This document shows positions 17,381-20,000 of a stretch of DNA of 20,000 nucleotides, piece after piece. Both the position numbers and the translations under genes were made by a program. The stretch is from Halocafeteria seosinensis (lineage: Eukaryota): assembly GCA_001687465.1 (NCBI GenBank), contig LVLI01000109.1, positions 48,919 to 68,918 on the forward strand. The letters are read 5' to 3'. A model generated the notes under the pieces. The model worked only from the letters and a program-made list of their open reading frames with translations. It was not told the DNA's origin and did not search any database. Position 1 is the stretch's first letter. Each line of letters starts with the position of its first letter.

Positions 17381-17545
17381 TTACTTTTTACAATTTCTTT
17401 TGTGACGCGCAAAATTGCGTCTTGAAACCTTTAAATCGCATTTGGGACAAAAGGTTTTTTCTTTCAATTGTGAAAGACATTTTTCTTTGTGATTTTGGTA
17501 AAACTCTCTTTGATAATATTTATTTTTTGTTTGCTTATCTGGCAT
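17381..17545 (-). CDS. 54-aa stand-alone zinc-finger protein (not in ORF track)
   Basis: MPDKQTKNKYYQREFYQNHKEKCLSQLKEKTFCPKCDLKVSRRNFARHKRNCKK; CxxC...H...C like the GIY-YIG tails; AAAATTGA 40 nt upstream. Confidence 0.75.
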   Translation of the reverse strand: MPDKQTKNKYYQREFYQNHKEKCLSQLKEKTFCPKCDLKVSRRNFARHKRNCKK

Positions 17546-17592
17546 TTATATTTATTAAGAGGAAATCTTTAATATCATTTTTAAATCAATTT

Positions 17593-19431
17593 TTAACTTA
17601 ACTGAGATAAGGCTTTATTAACTGCCATATCTGTTCCGCGCTTGAGGGCTTGTTGACCTACCTTTTTACCTAATGAACTAAGTTGATGACCCATACTACC
17701 TAGAAGACTTTTCTTTTTTCCACCTAGTTTCTTCTCAAGTGGTTGTTCAGGCATTAAAGTGTTAGCATTGAGAATATCACTTTCCGTCAAGAAACCCCAG
17801 AAAATTTGAGAAGTACCATTTTCATTATAGAGATATTCGGAATCTAGGAATACAACTTCTAATTCAGCGTTTCGTTGTGCTCCTGTTTGATTCCTAACTG
17901 TTACATCAACTTGGAAATTAGTTTTGGTGTTTAATCCCTGCGCAACTCCCGCATTTAGGGTTATGTCATCCCCAAAGTCTACCACGATTGGAGCTGAAGT
18001 AGTGGCTACCGGTGTACCATCATCATTAATTGAATTCCCAATAAAACTAGTCCAAGGAATTGGTATATAACGACGTACCATATCATAGATGTCTGCCTGA
18101 TAAAAGGTTTGAAGTTGATTTGGATCATTTCCAATTCTAATTCTTATGCTTTCAGTAACAAAATGAAAATCAGCCTCACCGGAACTCAAATCTGAACGAG
18201 GTACTCGTGGTAAAATCATGGCCTTTTTTGGAATACTACCCATGTCATATTCTCTTGATTTCAGTGTACGCGTTTGACCAGCTCCTATACTTGATTGTGG
18301 AGTTAATCTTGATTCATATCGTGTCTGAGGTAAAGCATTAATACTAGGTAGCCCATTAGGCAATTCTAAGGGTGGTAACATAGATTGATATCTTATTTCA
18401 GCATTTGTAAATGGTGTGCCAGACCCTCCACCATATCCTTCTCCTCGTACATGTAGGTAAGCACCATTACCTAATGGTGCCGTATTAGCTTCTGCTGACC
18501 TCATAATTTGGGGGGTAGATACAGTAGGTAAATTAATTCTTAACTCTTTAATACCCCAGAGACCTTCGGAATCTAAACCATTTTCACCATTAAAAAGTAG
18601 TGGAGGAATCCAAGGTGTAGCTTCTAACCTATAGATTGGATATATGCTAAACTCTCTACCCTGTGCTAAACCTGCGAAAGCATTATTCCCATTTACAATG
18701 AGTAGTCTAGTTTGATCATCAACTACTAAATATCTGTCGTCCGCAGCGGTACCAGCATTATGAATTCTATATCCGTTATTATGGTCTAAACTTCCTATAG
18801 AAGTTGTTGAAATTTGGTTACCATTGGGTAAAGCAAAACCAATTGGTTGTAAAGCTCCATCCGGAACATGAGAACTTTGTAAAGTCATATTATTATATCC
18901 AGCAAGAGGAGTTGAATTACTACCCACAGCATCTGAATAATTTAAATAACCTAAGTCAAGATTATTGGGTCCCATGTATTTATTAGCCGTATCTTCATCA
19001 TACATTGCCATATTCAAACCCTGAAAGAATTCACTAAGTTGTAAGCTAACTTGTTCGTTGTTAATTCCTAAACGAGGGGCATCAAAAAGACGGTTAAGAG
19101 CGTGATCACGTAAGCAAAGTTGGGAAGGAGCATAAATATTAACTGGATCAGCTTGGGTACTTGCCTGAATGTTTCCACCGTTAACTGTTACATCCACCCT
19201 ATGAATATATTCGGTGTAAAACCTTAAATCACGTCTTATAACCGTGTCATAGGATGGTGGTGAAACTTGAAATTGAAGACCTCTATCACTATTACTTGAA
19301 CTTTCTTGAGTAAAAGCGTTGTAATGTTGGGCTGAACCCTTAACATGAAACTTTGGATTTACGGGTGAAACCACGGATGGAAACGTCTTAACTACTTCAG
19401 GTCTATATTTTGAGTCACTGATTAAACTCAT
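17593..19431 (-). CDS. Virophage-type double jelly-roll major capsid protein
   Basis: 612 aa, beta-rich, FQVSPPS..TVIRRD near N-terminus, SIPKKAMI, NFQVDVTVRNQ, C-terminal LGG|K followed by basic helix; directly follows the penton gene. Confidence 0.88.
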   Translation of the reverse strand: MSLISDSKYRPEVVKTFPSVVSPVNPKFHVKGSAQHYNAFTQESSSNSDRGLQFQVSPPSYDTVIRRDLRFYTEYIHRVDVTVNGGNIQASTQADPVNIYAPSQLCLRDHALNRLFDAPRLGINNEQVSLQLSEFFQGLNMAMYDEDTANKYMGPNNLDLGYLNYSDAVGSNSTPLAGYNNMTLQSSHVPDGALQPIGFALPNGNQISTTSIGSLDHNNGYRIHNAGTAADDRYLVVDDQTRLLIVNGNNAFAGLAQGREFSIYPIYRLEATPWIPPLLFNGENGLDSEGLWGIKELRINLPTVSTPQIMRSAEANTAPLGNGAYLHVRGEGYGGGSGTPFTNAEIRYQSMLPPLELPNGLPSINALPQTRYESRLTPQSSIGAGQTRTLKSREYDMGSIPKKAMILPRVPRSDLSSGEADFHFVTESIRIRIGNDPNQLQTFYQADIYDMVRRYIPIPWTSFIGNSINDDGTPVATTSAPIVVDFGDDITLNAGVAQGLNTKTNFQVDVTVRNQTGAQRNAELEVVFLDSEYLYNENGTSQIFWGFLTESDILNANTLMPEQPLEKKLGGKKKSLLGSMGHQLSSLGKKVGQQALKRGTDMAVNKALSQLS

Positions 19432-19442
19432 TCTTTTCTCTA

Positions 19443-19469
19443 TATTACTTTTTGGAAAAAAGTAATATC
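19443..19469. terminator. Hairpin between penton and MCP genes
   Basis: ATATTACTTTTT-GGA-AAAAAGTAATAT. Confidence 0.55.
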
Positions 19470-19488
19470 AAAAACCTTAATTCTTAAC

Positions 19489-20000
19489 TTATTGATTAAC
19501 ATCTTTTCTCTGAAATAGAAGAGAAAGATGTGCTGTGGATTGATAAGGTAGGTATAAATCCTTGAGTCTTCCAGAAAATCTATCTCGGTACTTAAATTCT
19601 ATTTCTAAATTTCTCAAAGGATGCGTTGAAGATTCACTTATATCAAAATAACGGTATCTTGTCGGTGCGTATACTAAGTTTTGTTGCCAATCTAATGGGT
19701 TATCTTTATTTATACTAAATTCAGTTAAAATATTCTCTGAATGATCTTGTGTTCTGGCATTAAGATTACCATAACTATTGTCTCTATATTCTAAAGGTGG
19801 CGTTTCTATTGATGGAGTCAGTTTTATTCCTGAATTTGATACAATAACTATGGATTCTACAGGTGACCAATAATTCCCTAAAGAAGCAGTTTCTTGTCTC
19901 ATTTGATAAAATGATTTATTAGTAGTATTACCCGCTGTTGGATCAGTATCAATTACTTTTATATTTTGATTGTGATTACTATCAAAAATCATGGTGTAAT
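19489..20000 (-). CDS. Minor capsid protein (penton), C-terminal part
   Basis: WSPVESIVIVSN, ILTEF, VYAPT.YRYFDI, PLRNLEIEFKYRDR.G, LSLLFQRK; canonical position upstream of MCP; frame open to window edge. Confidence 0.88.
   Translation of the reverse strand, partial: YTMIFDSNHNQNIKVIDTDPTAGNTTNKSFYQMRQETASLGNYWSPVESIVIVSNSGIKLTPSIETPPLEYRDNSYGNLNARTQDHSENILTEFSINKDNPLDWQQNLVYAPTRYRYFDISESSTHPLRNLEIEFKYRDRFSGRLKDLYLPYQSTAHLSLLFQRKDVNQ

Noticed and set aside
6578..18986. Overlapping ORFs 6578, 7160, 7692, 7754, 9471, 10947, 16113, 16348, 18804
   Set aside because: Antisense shadows of better-supported genes
1..20000. Bacteriophage or adenovirus origin
   Set aside because: Penton-MCP pair of virophage size, RING and vOTU domains, and giant-virus promoter/hairpin signals fit a virophage; no terminase, portal or hexon-sized capsid gene

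Overview
AT-rich eukaryotic viral DNA of the virophage (Lavidaviridae-like/Polinton-related) type that appears to be two related but distinct genomes joined at about 8075-8300. The left element (1-~8090) encodes a maturation cysteine protease, a basic core-like protein, a RING protein, a small membrane protein, a beta-helix spike, a class-3 lipase, a broken C5 DNA methyltransferase and a truncated nucleotidyltransferase-like protein. Its intergenic DNA is filled with a private family of modular palindromic repeats. The right element (~8094-20000) starts with a ~205-bp imperfect palindrome. It encodes a second protease, counterparts of the left core and membrane proteins, a tRNA-His(GUG) with an encoded G-1:C73 pair, a protein-primed PolB with a vOTU-like domain flanked by two GIY-YIG nucleases, and the penton-MCP pair. 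Six of its small genes carry the Mimiviridae early promoter AAAATTGA. The most unusual observations are a small gene whose tail is an in-frame stitch of the two catalytic motifs of pPolB, a two-copy candidate structured RNA, the junction palindrome, and repeats inserted in frame into coding sequences. No packaging ATPase or integrase is visible in the window. Family assignments come from motif recognition only; no database search was run.
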